Shown piece by piece: positions 1 to 9,969 of a stretch of DNA of 32,000 bases. The stretch comes from Candidatus Saccharimonadota bacterium. Its GTDB lineage: Bacteria > Pseudomonadota > Gammaproteobacteria > Enterobacterales > Enterobacteriaceae. The stretch's first letter is position 1, and each line of letters starts with the position of its first letter. A program made the position numbers and the translations under genes. Where the stretch lies: contig CP188088.1 in assembly GCA_049942965.1 (NCBI GenBank), positions 120,001 to 152,000 of the forward strand, given 5' to 3'. The notes below the pieces were generated by a model. It was not told where the DNA came from, did no database searches, and saw only the letters and a program-made list of their open reading frames with translations.

Positions 1-2756
1 CGTCAATAATATTGATTTTTTTTGGTTTCCAAATTATTAAATTATTATCTTGTGTTTCATTTATTTTACAATTATATAAATAAAACTTTTTAAGTTTTAG
101 TTTTAGAACAATTTTTTTTTCTTTTAAATTTAAAGAATTTATTTTATTACATAAAGGATGTAGTTCATTTATATATTTTTTCCAAAAGTATTTAGCACAT
201 GTGTTATTTGGTAATACACCTGAAAGCTGATAATTTTGAAATATTTTATTCATGTCTTTTTTATAGATCATTTGTTTTAAAATTTTTTTTTTAATTAAAT
301 ATGAATTAATAAAATTAATTTCAAACGGTTCATTATTAAGATCAGATTTATAATTGTTAGAATAATATATGTTCAGACGATGGTTTAATAAAAATTTAAT
401 TGGATGTCTCCAAAAATCAATAAATTTTTCGAAATTAATCGATTGAATTTCTATTTTTGATAATTTTGTTTTTTTTGTATTATTTTTTTTTTTGTATTTT
501 TTTTCTATCCAAAGATTATTATTATTTATTTGATAATTATTAAAATTTATGTTTTTTTTTTTTAGAAATGGATTATCTGGATGTTTAAAAGAGATACATT
601 TAAAAATGTCTTCATTTTTTTTATTTGATGATTTTTTTTTAATAAAAAAATTATTTCTTAAGTATTTTTTGAGTTCTTTTAGTAAAAATGAACAATTATC
701 AATATTTTCTTCACTTTTTTTTTTTGAATAACTAATTAGTAGATGTTTCTTAGAATTAAGAATAATTTTTAAAAAACTATAAAGATCTTTTTGTTGTGAA
801 TTTAAATCTCCTTTTTTTGGGTAATTTTTTATTAAATCAATATATTCTATATTATCATTATTCATTGGATAATTTTGTTTATTTATTCCTAAAGTGCAAA
901 TTATATTAGAAGTAACATTTTCTATTGAATTTAAATTACAGAAATTTACTTTTCCTTCAAATAAATTAGATTGATAACTTCTTTTTATTTTTTTTAATAA
1001 AAATATTTTCATTAATATTTCTAAGGAAATTTTTTTTTCGTAATTTGCTTTTAGTGAATTATTAATTATTAATTTCCATTTTTTATCCATAAAAAAAAAT
1101 ATTTTATCTGTTTTATATTTTTCCGGAATAAAATCGTTTATAAATTCTTTAAATATAGGGATCCAATTTTTTATTTTTTTTTGTATTAATATTTTTTTTT
1201 TCCATTTGTAAATTAATTTTAAAAATATTTTTAGTCGAATTATTTCTTCGTAAATATTTTTTTTTATTTTTTTATACGACAAAACAGAGTTCCAGATTAC
1301 ATTATCATTTGTAGCATAACCTAATAAAATTCTGTTTATTCCAAATTCCCAAGTGTTATATTTAATATTAATCTTAAATTGTTTTTTTAAATTTTTTTTA
1401 TTTATTCCAAATTTAATTCCTAATTCTTGAATACATTTTTTTAATTCAAATATATTTTTTGTATCTATTAAGAATTGTTCTGATATTAAAGGAAGTTCTA
1501 ATAATGAAAAAAATTCTTCATAAGTAATTTTTTTTATTTTTAAACTAAGAATATTTTCTATTATTTTTGATATTTCTTCTTCTTTTTGATAAAAACAATT
1601 TGATATCACAAATGGAATTTGATTAAATTTGTTAAAAATTCCATGTATATATGGAATATATTCTTGTATATTTTTTGCTACTACAAGAATTTCATTGAAA
1701 TTTATTTTTTTATTTTTATTTAGTATTGTTAATAAATTACAGTGTAGTACTTCTATTTCTTGTTGTTTTGAATTGCAAACATGAATACTAATTGAATCAT
1801 CAATTGAATTTAAAAAAATTTTTTGGTTTTTTTTTCTTTTTTTTAGATTAGATTCTTGTAAGATTTTATTTTGTATATTGTTTAGTAATTTATTTTCTTT
1901 TGATTTTTGAAAGTAAAAAAAATGTTTTTTTTCCTTTTTTTTTAATAAATTTTCAATTTGATCAATTCCACTTTCTCCAAAATTTAAAATGAAAGACTTT
2001 TTAGATCTATTTTTTTTTATTTTTGAGCAATTTTTTTTTAACCCAAAAAACGGGTTGTTAACAAACATGTGTATATCATAAAATTTTCTGAATTTGTATA
2101 ATGTATTAATATAGATTTTTGGAGTATCAATCGTATCAAAAATAAATATTCTTTCATGTTTTTTTTTTTTTTTTTTTTTTTATTGTTTCTAAGATTAAGT
2201 TTTCTAAATTCAAATAATTGAAAATTATATTTTTATCTGAAAAATTAATTGTTTGTTCCCAAATTTTCTTTTGCCATTTTTGTATTGGAATAGAGTTAAT
2301 GTTTTCTGTATTTAATATTTGTTTTTCTCCCCATGCTTTTATTAAATCAGGACGATAAATATCATATTTGCAAAACAATTTATAGAATTTATATGAAAAT
2401 TCTAAGATTTCTTCTTTTTTTATTTTGTTTTTTTTATATCTTAAAAAATCATTAATATTTTTTAAATTCATTAATTTCCAAAACATTGTTTTTTTATTTA
2501 ATAAATATTGATTTGAAATATCTGAGTTTGCTTTAATAAATGCTTTTTTTATAAAAGCATCAATAGATAAAAAATCAATATTTGCATATATTCCAAGAAA
2601 ATAAGATATGTAAATTTTTATCCATTTTTCTATTTCTTTGTTCTTTACTAAAAAAGTTTCTTTTTTAAAAGGGTTTTCAAGAGGTTGATTTTTTATTATT
2701 TTTAAAGATTTTTTTAGTAAGATTTTTGAATCATTAGATTGATATATAAATAACAT
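1..2756 (-). pseudogene. recC: recC (exodeoxyribonuclease V gamma subunit). The reading frame is broken once, at an A23 tract, and the 3' end runs off the window.
   Basis: The ORF 2154..2756 (MLFIYQSNDSKILL...PFKKETFLVKNKEIEKWIKIYISYFLGIYANIDF) matches the E. coli RecC N-terminus (MLRVYHSNRLDVL...DPFEPEMILVQS...GIAANIDFPLP). My hand translation of the minus strand from 2158 down to 1, in the adjacent frame, is open throughout. It reads HERIFIFDTIDTPKIYINTLYKF...SISIHVCNSKQQEIEVLHCNLL...NTWEFGINRILLGYA...FIDFWRHPIKFLL. These stretches match RecC PSRVFICGISALPPVYLQAL, ITFHVCHSPQREVEVLHDRLL, HTWRFGLTRMLLGYA and RFWAHPVRAFF. The track omits this part because it has no stop codon inside the window. 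Confidence 0.9.
2159..2181 (-). repeat. A23 homopolymer (T23 on the + strand) at the recC frame break
   Basis: Counted directly: T at 2159-2160, 20 T at 2161-2180, and T at 2181. The upstream frame reads ATA (AAA)7 ACA TGA. The continuing frame starts at CAT GAA AGA at 2158. Confidence 0.9.
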
Positions 2757-2865
2757 TTTTTAAATTTCCTGTGTTTGAAAAGAATTAAACAACTCTTTTA
2801 GTATTTTGTATTAGAAATTTATAAATTGATAATTTATTTTAAAATAATTAGTGATCAACAAGTTA

Positions 2866-3702
2866 TTATTTAAGTTCAATTTGAATTTTTGGATAGGGAA
2901 TACTAATTAAATTTTTATCTAGTTGTTTTTTAAATTTCGCCATTAAGTCCCAGTAAACAATATTTAAATCATCTGTATCGCTCCAACATCTAACAATAAA
3001 TTTTAGAGAAGATGGGGTTAGTTCACTTAAACCGATAACTATCCCTAGGTCTTGTATAACTCTTTCTTCAGATTCTATTGTTTGTTTTAATATTTTAATA
3101 ACCATATCTATGTCTGAATCATATCCTACGTTAATAATAAATTCGTTTCTTCTAAACCTTTCTCTTGAATAATTAATTATATTTTTAGATATGATTTTTC
3201 CATTAGGAATTATTACTATTTTCCCATCTAATGTTCTAAGAGTAGTATAAAAAACATGTATATTAATTATAGTTCCTGCGATATTCCCTAAATCTACATA
3301 TTCTCCGATTTTAAAGGGCTGTAAAGTTATTAATAATATTCCTGATGCAAAGTTTGATAAAGAACCTTGAACAGCTAATCCAATTGCTATTCCTATGGCT
3401 CCTATTATAGTAATAGTAGATGTTATATCTATTCCTATTTTTGCTAAAGATGACACAATTGTGAATATAATAATTATATATTTAGCTATTACTGTAAAAG
3501 ATGTTGCTATATCAGGATTTATATTTTTAATAATAAGAAAGCTATTTATTACTTTCGTAATTATTTTTGCTATAATAATTCCTACTATTGTTTCAAAAAT
3601 TGTAGAACTAAAGTTTATTAAATAACACAACATTAGTTCTTGTTTTAAAATAATTAAGTGTCCAAAATCAAAAATTTTATTAATTATACTAATTTCTTTC
3701 AT
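2866..3702 (-). CDS. mscS: small-conductance mechanosensitive channel MscS
   Basis: The 278-aa ORF contains GLAVQGSLSNFASGILLITLQPFKIGEYVDLGNIAGTI...DGKIVIIPNGKIISKNIINYSRERFRRNEFII. This is collinear with E. coli MscS [38 protein letters not shown]...[32 protein letters not shown]. Confidence 0.93.
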   Translation of the reverse strand: MKEISIINKIFDFGHLIILKQELMLCYLINFSSTIFETIVGIIIAKIITKVINSFLIIKNINPDIATSFTVIAKYIIIIFTIVSSLAKIGIDITSTITIIGAIGIAIGLAVQGSLSNFASGILLITLQPFKIGEYVDLGNIAGTIINIHVFYTTLRTLDGKIVIIPNGKIISKNIINYSRERFRRNEFIINVGYDSDIDMVIKILKQTIESEERVIQDLGIVIGLSELTPSSLKFIVRCWSDTDDLNIVYWDLMAKFKKQLDKNLISIPYPKIQIELK

Positions 3703-3994
3703 TTTTATTTTTCTATCGCAGTATTTTATTTTACTAAAAAATAATATTTTTATAAATTAAAAAATTTTATGATTTAATTTTTAATTAATTTTTTAGAAAA
3801 CTATAATAAAATAAACATTTTTTATTTTTGTATCTATTTTCATCAATAGATAGAGCTATGAATGAAAGAAATTTTTTATTAAATAAATTTCAAATAAATA
3901 AAAAATATTTAATTTTTATAAAGAATTTAAATATTAATAGTTAATATTAATGTTTCTTTTGAATAAAAAATATAAATTTAAAATTTATTAATAG

Positions 3995-4032
3995 TAAAAA
4001 ACGGAGAATATGTAAATTAAAGTATTCCCCGT
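3995..4032 (-). terminator. probable rho-independent terminator of the pgk-fbaA transcript
   Basis: The minus strand reads ACGGGGAATA (4032-4023), a 12-nt loop, TATTCTCCGT (4010-4001), then TTTTTT. The stem is 10 bp with one mismatch. It begins 10 nt after the fbaA stop codon (4042-4044). Confidence 0.6.
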
Positions 4033-4041
4033 GGTTACTTT

Positions 4042-5148
4042 TTAGTTGTGTTTTTTGTTTAAAATATTATAAGCATTAAGAGCATAAAAAGCTTTTTTTA
4101 AACGAAATGACATTGAATGTTGAGATGATCTAATCCAGGATCTAGGATCATAATATTTTTTATTAGGAAGATCTAAACCAATTGGATTTCCTAATTGACT
4201 TTGCAAAAATTTTTTATTTTTTTTATAAAATTGTAATACTCCTTCCCAAGTAGCCCATTGCATATCAGTATCTAAATTCATTTTAACTATTCCATAATGA
4301 ATTGATTTTTTTATTTCTTGAATTGTAGATCCAGAACCTCCATGGAATACGAAATTTAATGGTTTTAAAGATGGTAATTGATGTTTATTTTTAACTAAAT
4401 TTTGAGATTTTTTTAAAATTATTGGAGTTAGTTGTACATTACCTACCTTATATACTCCATGTACATTTCCAAATGATGCAGCAATAGTAAAATTAGAACT
4501 AATTGATTTTAATTTTTCATATGCGTAGTTTACTTCTTCTGGTTTTGTATATAAAGATTCAATATTTAAAGAAGAATTATCTACTCCATCTTCTTCTCCT
4601 CCAGTACATCCTAATTCTACTTCAAGCATCATATTAATTTTTTTCATTTTTAAAAAATATTTTTTGCATATTTTTATATTTTTTTTGATGTTCTCTTTAG
4701 ATAAATCAATCATATGAGAAGTAAATAGAGGTTTTCCTGTTTGTTTAAAAAATATTTTTCCCTTTTTTAATAATCCATCAATCCAAGGTAATATTTCTTT
4801 ATGACAGTGATCAGTATGCAAAATAACAGGAACTTTATAATGCTTTGCTAATAGATGTACGTGTTGTGCACCAGATACAGAACCTAAAACAGCTATATCT
4901 GTTTCTTTGTTTTTTGTATTTTTTAATAATCCTTTACCAGCAATAAAAATAGAGCCTCCATAAGAAAATTGAATAACTACTGGAGATCTCATCATAGATG
5001 CTGTTTCTAAAACAGTGTTTATGGAATCATTTCCTATACAGTTAACAGCTGGTAAAGCAAATTGATGTTTTTTAGCGAATTCAAACAAATTAGATGCTTC
5101 TATCCCAGATAAAACTCCAGGCTTAATAAAATCAATAATTCGAGACAT
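4042..5148 (-). CDS. fbaA: fructose-bisphosphate aldolase, class II
   Basis: The 368-aa ORF starts MSRIIDFIKPGVLSG and contains ALPAVNC, VILHTDHC, GEEDGVDN and FVFHGGSG. These are typical class II FbaA signatures. It sits next to pgk, as in E. coli. Confidence 0.93.
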   Translation of the reverse strand: MSRIIDFIKPGVLSGIEASNLFEFAKKHQFALPAVNCIGNDSINTVLETASMMRSPVVIQFSYGGSIFIAGKGLLKNTKNKETDIAVLGSVSGAQHVHLLAKHYKVPVILHTDHCHKEILPWIDGLLKKGKIFFKQTGKPLFTSHMIDLSKENIKKNIKICKKYFLKMKKINMMLEVELGCTGGEEDGVDNSSLNIESLYTKPEEVNYAYEKLKSISSNFTIAASFGNVHGVYKVGNVQLTPIILKKSQNLVKNKHQLPSLKPLNFVFHGGSGSTIQEIKKSIHYGIVKMNLDTDMQWATWEGVLQFYKKNKKFLQSQLGNPIGLDLPNKKYYDPRSWIRSSQHSMSFRLKKAFYALNAYNILNKKHN

Positions 5149-5206
5149 TTTTTTTCCTGTTGTTAACTCAAATTCAACTATGACGTTATGTACAAAAAAT
5201 AATTTA

Positions 5207-6382
5207 TTATTCAGTTTTCTTATGTTTTTTATAAGATTTATTTTTCAATATCTCAATGACAGGTAGTTTTTTTCCTTCTATAAATTTTAGAAAAGCCCCT
5301 CCTCCAGTAGAAATATATGAAATTTTTTTTTCTATATTAAACATCTCAATTACAGATAATGTATCTCCTCCTCCAGCAACGGAAAAAGATTTAGAATTTG
5401 CAATAGTTTTAGCTAATATTTCTGTTCCTGTTCTAAATTTAGGAAATTCAAATACTCCTACTGGACCGTTCCACAGAATGGTTTTTGCTTTTTGTATTAT
5501 TTTTTTCATTTTTTTTATTGTTTTTTCTCCAAAATCCATGATTTCTTCATTTTCCTTAATTTTATTAATATCTGTTATTCTAGATGGAGAATTTTTGTTA
5601 AATTCAATAGAAACATGAGAATCTATTGGAATAGTTATATTGAAATCACTTTTCATTTTTTGTGCAGATTTTATAAATTTTTTTTCACATAAAGATCTTC
5701 CTATATTATTTTCAATTGCTATAAATGTATTGGCTATTCCACCTCCTACAATAATGTTATCAGTAATTTTACCTAAAGCGTTTAAGACATTAAATTTAGT
5801 AGATATTTTAGAACCACCAATTATAGCAATCATTGGTCTTTTTGGTTTTTGTAGAATGTTTTTTAAAGCATTTATTTCTTTTATCAATAAAAATCCTGCA
5901 CAGGATTGTTTTGAAAATTTTATTACATTATATGTAGACGAATGTTTTCTGTGTACTGTTCCAAATGCGTCCATAACAAATAAATCACAAAGATTGGCAT
6001 ATTGTTTTGCCAATTTTTCATTGTTATCTTTTTCTCCAATATTAAATCTAACATTTTCTAAAATAGTTAATTCTGAATTAAACTCTATTTGTTTTGTTAA
6101 ATATGTGTTACAAAAACTAACCTTTATTCTTGGAAAAATTTTTTTTAAATATACGTAAACTGGATATAAAGAAAATTTTTTTTCAAAAATACCTTCTTTT
6201 GGACGTCCTAAATGAGACATGATAATAATTTTTGCTTGTTTTTTTAATGCAAATTTAATAGTAGGCAAAGATGCAATAATTCTAGAATATGAAGATATTT
6301 TATTATTTTTCATAGGAACATTTAAATCGCATCTAATTAATATTTTTTTTCCATTAAGTTCCATATTATTTATTTGTTTCAT
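5207..6382 (-). CDS. pgk: phosphoglycerate kinase
   Basis: The 391-aa ORF contains RCDLNVP, SHLGRPKEG, IIGGSKISTK, WNGPVGVFE and STGGGAFLKFIEGK. Confidence 0.95.
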   Translation of the reverse strand: MKQINNMELNGKKILIRCDLNVPMKNNKISSYSRIIASLPTIKFALKKQAKIIIMSHLGRPKEGIFEKKFSLYPVYVYLKKIFPRIKVSFCNTYLTKQIEFNSELTILENVRFNIGEKDNNEKLAKQYANLCDLFVMDAFGTVHRKHSSTYNVIKFSKQSCAGFLLIKEINALKNILQKPKRPMIAIIGGSKISTKFNVLNALGKITDNIIVGGGIANTFIAIENNIGRSLCEKKFIKSAQKMKSDFNITIPIDSHVSIEFNKNSPSRITDINKIKENEEIMDFGEKTIKKMKKIIQKAKTILWNGPVGVFEFPKFRTGTEILAKTIANSKSFSVAGGGDTLSVIEMFNIEKKISYISTGGGAFLKFIEGKKLPVIEILKNKSYKKHKKTE

Positions 6383-6569
6383 TTTTTTTCCTGAATGGTT
6401 TTTTATGAATTTTAATTTTTAGATTGATACTACCATTATTTATATAAAAGTTAAAAATTAAGTTTTTAAAAAAACAAAAAAATTTTAAATTAATATATAT
6501 TAATTAACTTATTAAATTAAAAAATCCATTTAATATATTATTAAACGATATTTTTTTAAATATAAGTTT

Positions 6570-7163
6570 TTAACTTTTAAACCAATTATGTATTCCTTCT
6601 AAAAACATTTGAGTTGATAACATAATTAAAATTAAACCCATTAATCTTTCTAATGCATCTACTCCTTTTTTTCCAAACAAATGTAAAAAAAAACCAGAAG
6701 AAAGTAATATTAAAAACGTAATAAACCAAGCTATGAAAAGAGAAATTGTTAAATAAAATAATTGAAATGGATATTGATGAGATAATAAAATAAGAGTAGC
6801 TAACAATGAGGGTCCAGCAACCAGAGGAATTGCTAATGGTACTAAGAACGGTTCATCAAAATTAATCGATGTGGTATCTGTATTTTCTTCGCATGGAAAG
6901 ATCATTTTAATTGCTATTAGAAATAAAATTATTCCACCAGATATAGATACTGTTTCTGTTCTTAAATTTAGTATGCTTAATATTTTTTCTCCAGCAAATA
7001 GAAATGTTAACATAATAAGAAAAGCAATTATCATTTCTCTTAATAATAGAAATTTTCTTCTTTTTGGTTCAAAATTTTTTAAAATTGACATAAAAATTGG
7101 TAAATTTCCCAACGGATCCATAATTAATACTAGTAATATGGTAGTAGAGATCATGTTTTTCAT
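6570..7163 (-). CDS. yhgN: MarC-family (UPF0056) inner membrane protein YhgN
   Basis: It is 197 aa, the same length as E. coli YhgN. The sequence LVLIMDPLGNLPIFMSILKNFEPKRR...ETVSISGGIILFLIAIKMIFP...PLAIPLVAGPSLLATLILLSHQYP closely matches the E. coli protein. It is divergent from asd, as in E. coli. Confidence 0.9.
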   Translation of the reverse strand: MKNMISTTILLVLIMDPLGNLPIFMSILKNFEPKRRKFLLLREMIIAFLIMLTFLFAGEKILSILNLRTETVSISGGIILFLIAIKMIFPCEENTDTTSINFDEPFLVPLAIPLVAGPSLLATLILLSHQYPFQLFYLTISLFIAWFITFLILLSSGFFLHLFGKKGVDALERLMGLILIMLSTQMFLEGIHNWFKS

Positions 7164-7403
7164 TGTTTAACCTTGATGACTATTATGTTATTTTCTAGAT
7201 GTGAAATTTTTGATTAAAATTTTATAAAATAAATAAATATTGTTTTTTTTTTATTTTTTATAATTAATTATTATAATACATGATGTATATATAATATATA
7301 GTAATAAATAATTGAATAATAAATATTAATTTTAAAAAAAAACTAAATAAAACTAATAGAAAAAATTATTTTGAAAATTTTACAAAGCATGCTTTTTACG
7401 TTT

Positions 7404-7436
7404 AAAAAATATTTAATTATTAATTAAATATTTTTT
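7404..7436. repeat. perfect 33-nt A/T-only palindrome (16-nt arms, 1-nt centre) in the yhgN/asd divergent intergenic region
   Basis: AAAAAATATTTAATTA (7404-7419), t, TAATTAAATATTTTTT (7421-7436). The arms are exact reverse complements. Its function is unknown. Confidence 0.5.
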
Positions 7437-7472
7437 TTTTTTAATTTTTAAATAAAATTTTTTTATTTAATT

Positions 7473-7476
7473 GGAG
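7473..7476 (+). promoter_or_regulatory. Shine-Dalgarno (GGAG) for asd
   Basis: GGAG lies 8 nt upstream of the ATG at 7485. Confidence 0.5.
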
Positions 7477-7484
7477 AATTTGCA

Positions 7485-8615
7485 ATGAAAAAAAAAATAG
7501 TAGGAATAATAGGTTGGAGAGGAATGGTTGGATCTGTATTAGTATCAAGAATGATAAAAGAAGATGATTTTAGTCATTTTAGAACCATTTTTTTTTCTAC
7601 TTCTCAGTATGGAAAAGATGCTCCTATAGTTAAAAATTTATATTTTAATAAGTTGCAAAATGCCTATGATATTAAATTATTAATGGATTTAGATATTATT
7701 TTAACTTGTCAAGGATCAAACTATACTAGCTTAGTTTATACTAAGCTTATTAAAAAAAAATGGAATGGATATTGGATTGATGCAGCGTCTTTATTAAGAG
7801 ATAATAACAGATCAGTTATTGTTTTAGATCCAGTGAACAAGGGTTTAATAGATATCTCTTTAGAAAAAGGAATTAAAACTTTTGTGGGAGGTAATTGTAC
7901 TGTTAGTTTGATGTTAATGGCTTTAGGAGGGTTGTTTAAAAAAAAAATGATTGATTGGATTTCAGTTTCTACTTATCAGGCTGCATCAGGAGCAGGATCT
8001 AAACATATGATGGAATTATTATTTCAAATGGGTTATTTATATGATTCTGTAAGAAGTAAATTAGAAAGTAAAAATTGTTCTGTTTTAAAAATTGAACGTT
8101 TAATTTCTAATTCTAGTAATGATTTAAATTTCCCTAAAAATAATTTTAAAGTTCCATTAGCAGCTAATTTAATACCTTGGATAGATGCAAAAATGAGAAG
8201 AAATGGTCAAAGTAAAGAAGAATGGAAAGGTCAATTTGAAACTAATAAAATTTTAGGTGTAAGTCAATCAAATACTATCAAAATTGATGGAATTTGTGTT
8301 CGTGTTGGTTCATTTCGTTGTCATAGTCAATTTTTTACGATTAAATTAAATAAAAATATTTTTTTATCAGATATTGAAAATATTTTAAGTAATCATAATC
8401 CTTGGGTAAAAATCATTCCTAATAATCCAGAAGATACATCTAACAAATTAACTCCTTGTTCAGTTACTGGAACTTTAGATATTCCAATTGGTAGAATTAG
8501 AAAAATGAATATTGGTTCAAAATATTTATCTGCATTTAGTGTTGGAGATCAATTATTATGGGGTGCTGCTGAACCTTTAAGAAGAATTTTAAGAATAATA
8601 CTTTTACATTGTTAA
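7485..8615 (+). CDS. asd: aspartate-semialdehyde dehydrogenase
   Basis: The ORF contains GIIGWRGMVGSVLVSRM, FVGGNCTVSLMLMALGGLF, STYQAASGAGSKHM, GQSKEEWKGQFETNKIL, CVRVGSFRCHSQ and GDQLLWGAAEPLRR. It is collinear with E. coli Asd. Confidence 0.96.
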   Translation: MKKKIVGIIGWRGMVGSVLVSRMIKEDDFSHFRTIFFSTSQYGKDAPIVKNLYFNKLQNAYDIKLLMDLDIILTCQGSNYTSLVYTKLIKKKWNGYWIDAASLLRDNNRSVIVLDPVNKGLIDISLEKGIKTFVGGNCTVSLMLMALGGLFKKKMIDWISVSTYQAASGAGSKHMMELLFQMGYLYDSVRSKLESKNCSVLKIERLISNSSNDLNFPKNNFKVPLAANLIPWIDAKMRRNGQSKEEWKGQFETNKILGVSQSNTIKIDGICVRVGSFRCHSQFFTIKLNKNIFLSDIENILSNHNPWVKIIPNNPEDTSNKLTPCSVTGTLDIPIGRIRKMNIGSKYLSAFSVGDQLLWGAAEPLRRILRIILLHC

Positions 8616-8872
8616 TTATTTTTTTTTTGTTGTATTAAATATGTATAAGGAATTTTATTTATATTTTTTTTTAATAATTTATAATTCATAAAATGACAAA
8701 ATATAGGAATTTCATATTTTGTACTAATGTCGTCTGTAATTACGAGAAGTATCTTTTTTCTTTTCATTTTTTTTAGTGTTTTTCTAATGATTAGAATTGG
8801 ATCAGGACATCTCATACCTATAATGTTTAAAGTTTTAGTATTTTTATTTTTTTTATTTCTATCAATTTTCAT
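8612..8872 (-). CDS. tusA: sulfurtransferase TusA (YhhP/SirA family)
   Basis: The 86-aa ORF has GMRCPDPILIIRKTLKKM...LLVITDDISTKYEIPIFCHFMNYKLL...PYTYLIQ. E. coli TusA has GLRCPEPVMMVRKTVRNM...[26 protein letters not shown]...PYRYLIRK. Confidence 0.85.
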   Translation of the reverse strand: MKIDRNKKNKNTKTLNIIGMRCPDPILIIRKTLKKMKRKKILLVITDDISTKYEIPIFCHFMNYKLLKKNINKIPYTYLIQQKKNN

Positions 8873-8967
8873 TTTTTAGAATTTATAATATTAAAAAAAT
8901 ATATTAATTTTAATTTTTTATTTTTTTATTTCTTTCTTAAAAATAGAAAAAATTTTAAAAATTAAAA

Positions 8968-9927
8968 TTATGAAAAAGATAATGATAGATTTTTAAAATC
9001 TATCCAAATTAATTTTTTTTCATTTTTTTTACAATTTATTTCTAATTTTGTAAGTTTTCTAATTATTTTATAGTATTTTTTATGATTAATTTTTTTTTGT
9101 GTTATTTTACAGAAAAAATATATTTCTTTATTTTTTAGATCATGATTTTCAATCATATTAAATAAATATTTTTGCAATATTCGTATTAAAATTATTGGTT
9201 GATAATTATTTTGTTCAAATTTATTTAAAATTCTAATTGATTTTTTTTTATTGTTTGACAAAACTGATAAACACCACTGATAAGCATTGAATATTCCTTC
9301 ATCATTTATTAGCGATAATGCAATTTTTTTATTAATTAATTTTTTTGGATTGGTTAAAAATAATATTTTTATTATATTTGATAAAAAAAATATATTTCCT
9401 TCATAAAAATTCAGTAGGAGTTTTTTAGCTTTGTCATCTATTTTTAAGTGTAGTTCTGTTATTCTATTTTCAAACCATTTTTTTAATAAAGAATTATTAA
9501 TAGTACAAATTACAATCAATCCTTTTAAACCAAAGTAATTTATTTTTTTTTGTATTTTTTTGAAATAATTACTATTTTCAAAATGTATTATTAATGGATT
9601 TTTTTTTTGCAAAGTTATATAAAATAAATGATTGATTAATTCTATTTCTTTAACTTTATTTTCGTTTTTGTTTGATAAATGTATTATAAATATTTTTTTT
9701 GAAGTAAAAATATCATTTTTTGAATATAAATGAAACAATTTTTTCCAATTATTTTCATTTTTTATGTTAATTTCGATTCTTTCAGTTTTTTTTTTTTTTG
9801 TTATTTTGCATATCTTATTTATAGATTCTTGAATCAAGATTATTTCGTTTCCTTGAATAATATAAAAAGAAAATACAGTTTTATTAAATTTTTTTACAAT
9901 ATTTTGAGGATAAGTAGTAGTAATCAT
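8968..9927 (-). CDS. holA: DNA polymerase III delta subunit (highly diverged)
   Basis: The 319-aa ORF lies immediately downstream of leuS, at the E. coli leuS-lptE-holA position. Length and weak N-terminal similarity fit (YIIQGNEIILIQES vs YLLLGNDPLLLQES). The call rests mainly on synteny. Confidence 0.7.
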   Translation of the reverse strand: MITTTYPQNIVKKFNKTVFSFYIIQGNEIILIQESINKICKITKKKKTERIEINIKNENNWKKLFHLYSKNDIFTSKKIFIIHLSNKNENKVKEIELINHLFYITLQKKNPLIIHFENSNYFKKIQKKINYFGLKGLIVICTINNSLLKKWFENRITELHLKIDDKAKKLLLNFYEGNIFFLSNIIKILFLTNPKKLINKKIALSLINDEGIFNAYQWCLSVLSNNKKKSIRILNKFEQNNYQPIILIRILQKYLFNMIENHDLKNKEIYFFCKITQKKINHKKYYKIIRKLTKLEINCKKNEKKLIWIDFKNLSLSFS

Positions 9928-9969
9928 TGTTTTTTTGTTTTTTTAAAAAAATGATAGCATATTTTTTTT

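Noticed and set aside
1-2158. My first impression that recC downstream of the A-run contains several additional stops, making it a heavily degraded pseudogene
   Set aside because: That came from miscounting an A9 run near 2031-2039. Careful codon-by-codon translation shows a single continuous frame from 2158 to position 1.
5640-6158. A 172-aa plus-strand ORF, and its neighbours 5256..5618, 5492..5692 and 6219..6422
   Set aside because: They are antisense to the well-conserved pgk. Their F/I/L-rich low-complexity translations are typical of shadow ORFs opposite Lys/Asn/Ile-rich genes in AT-rich DNA. I recognised no motif in them.
7384-7395. The 12-bp palindrome AAAGCATGCTTT upstream of asd as an operator
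   Set aside because: It is short and isolated, with no second half-site or known matching consensus. It could easily occur by chance.
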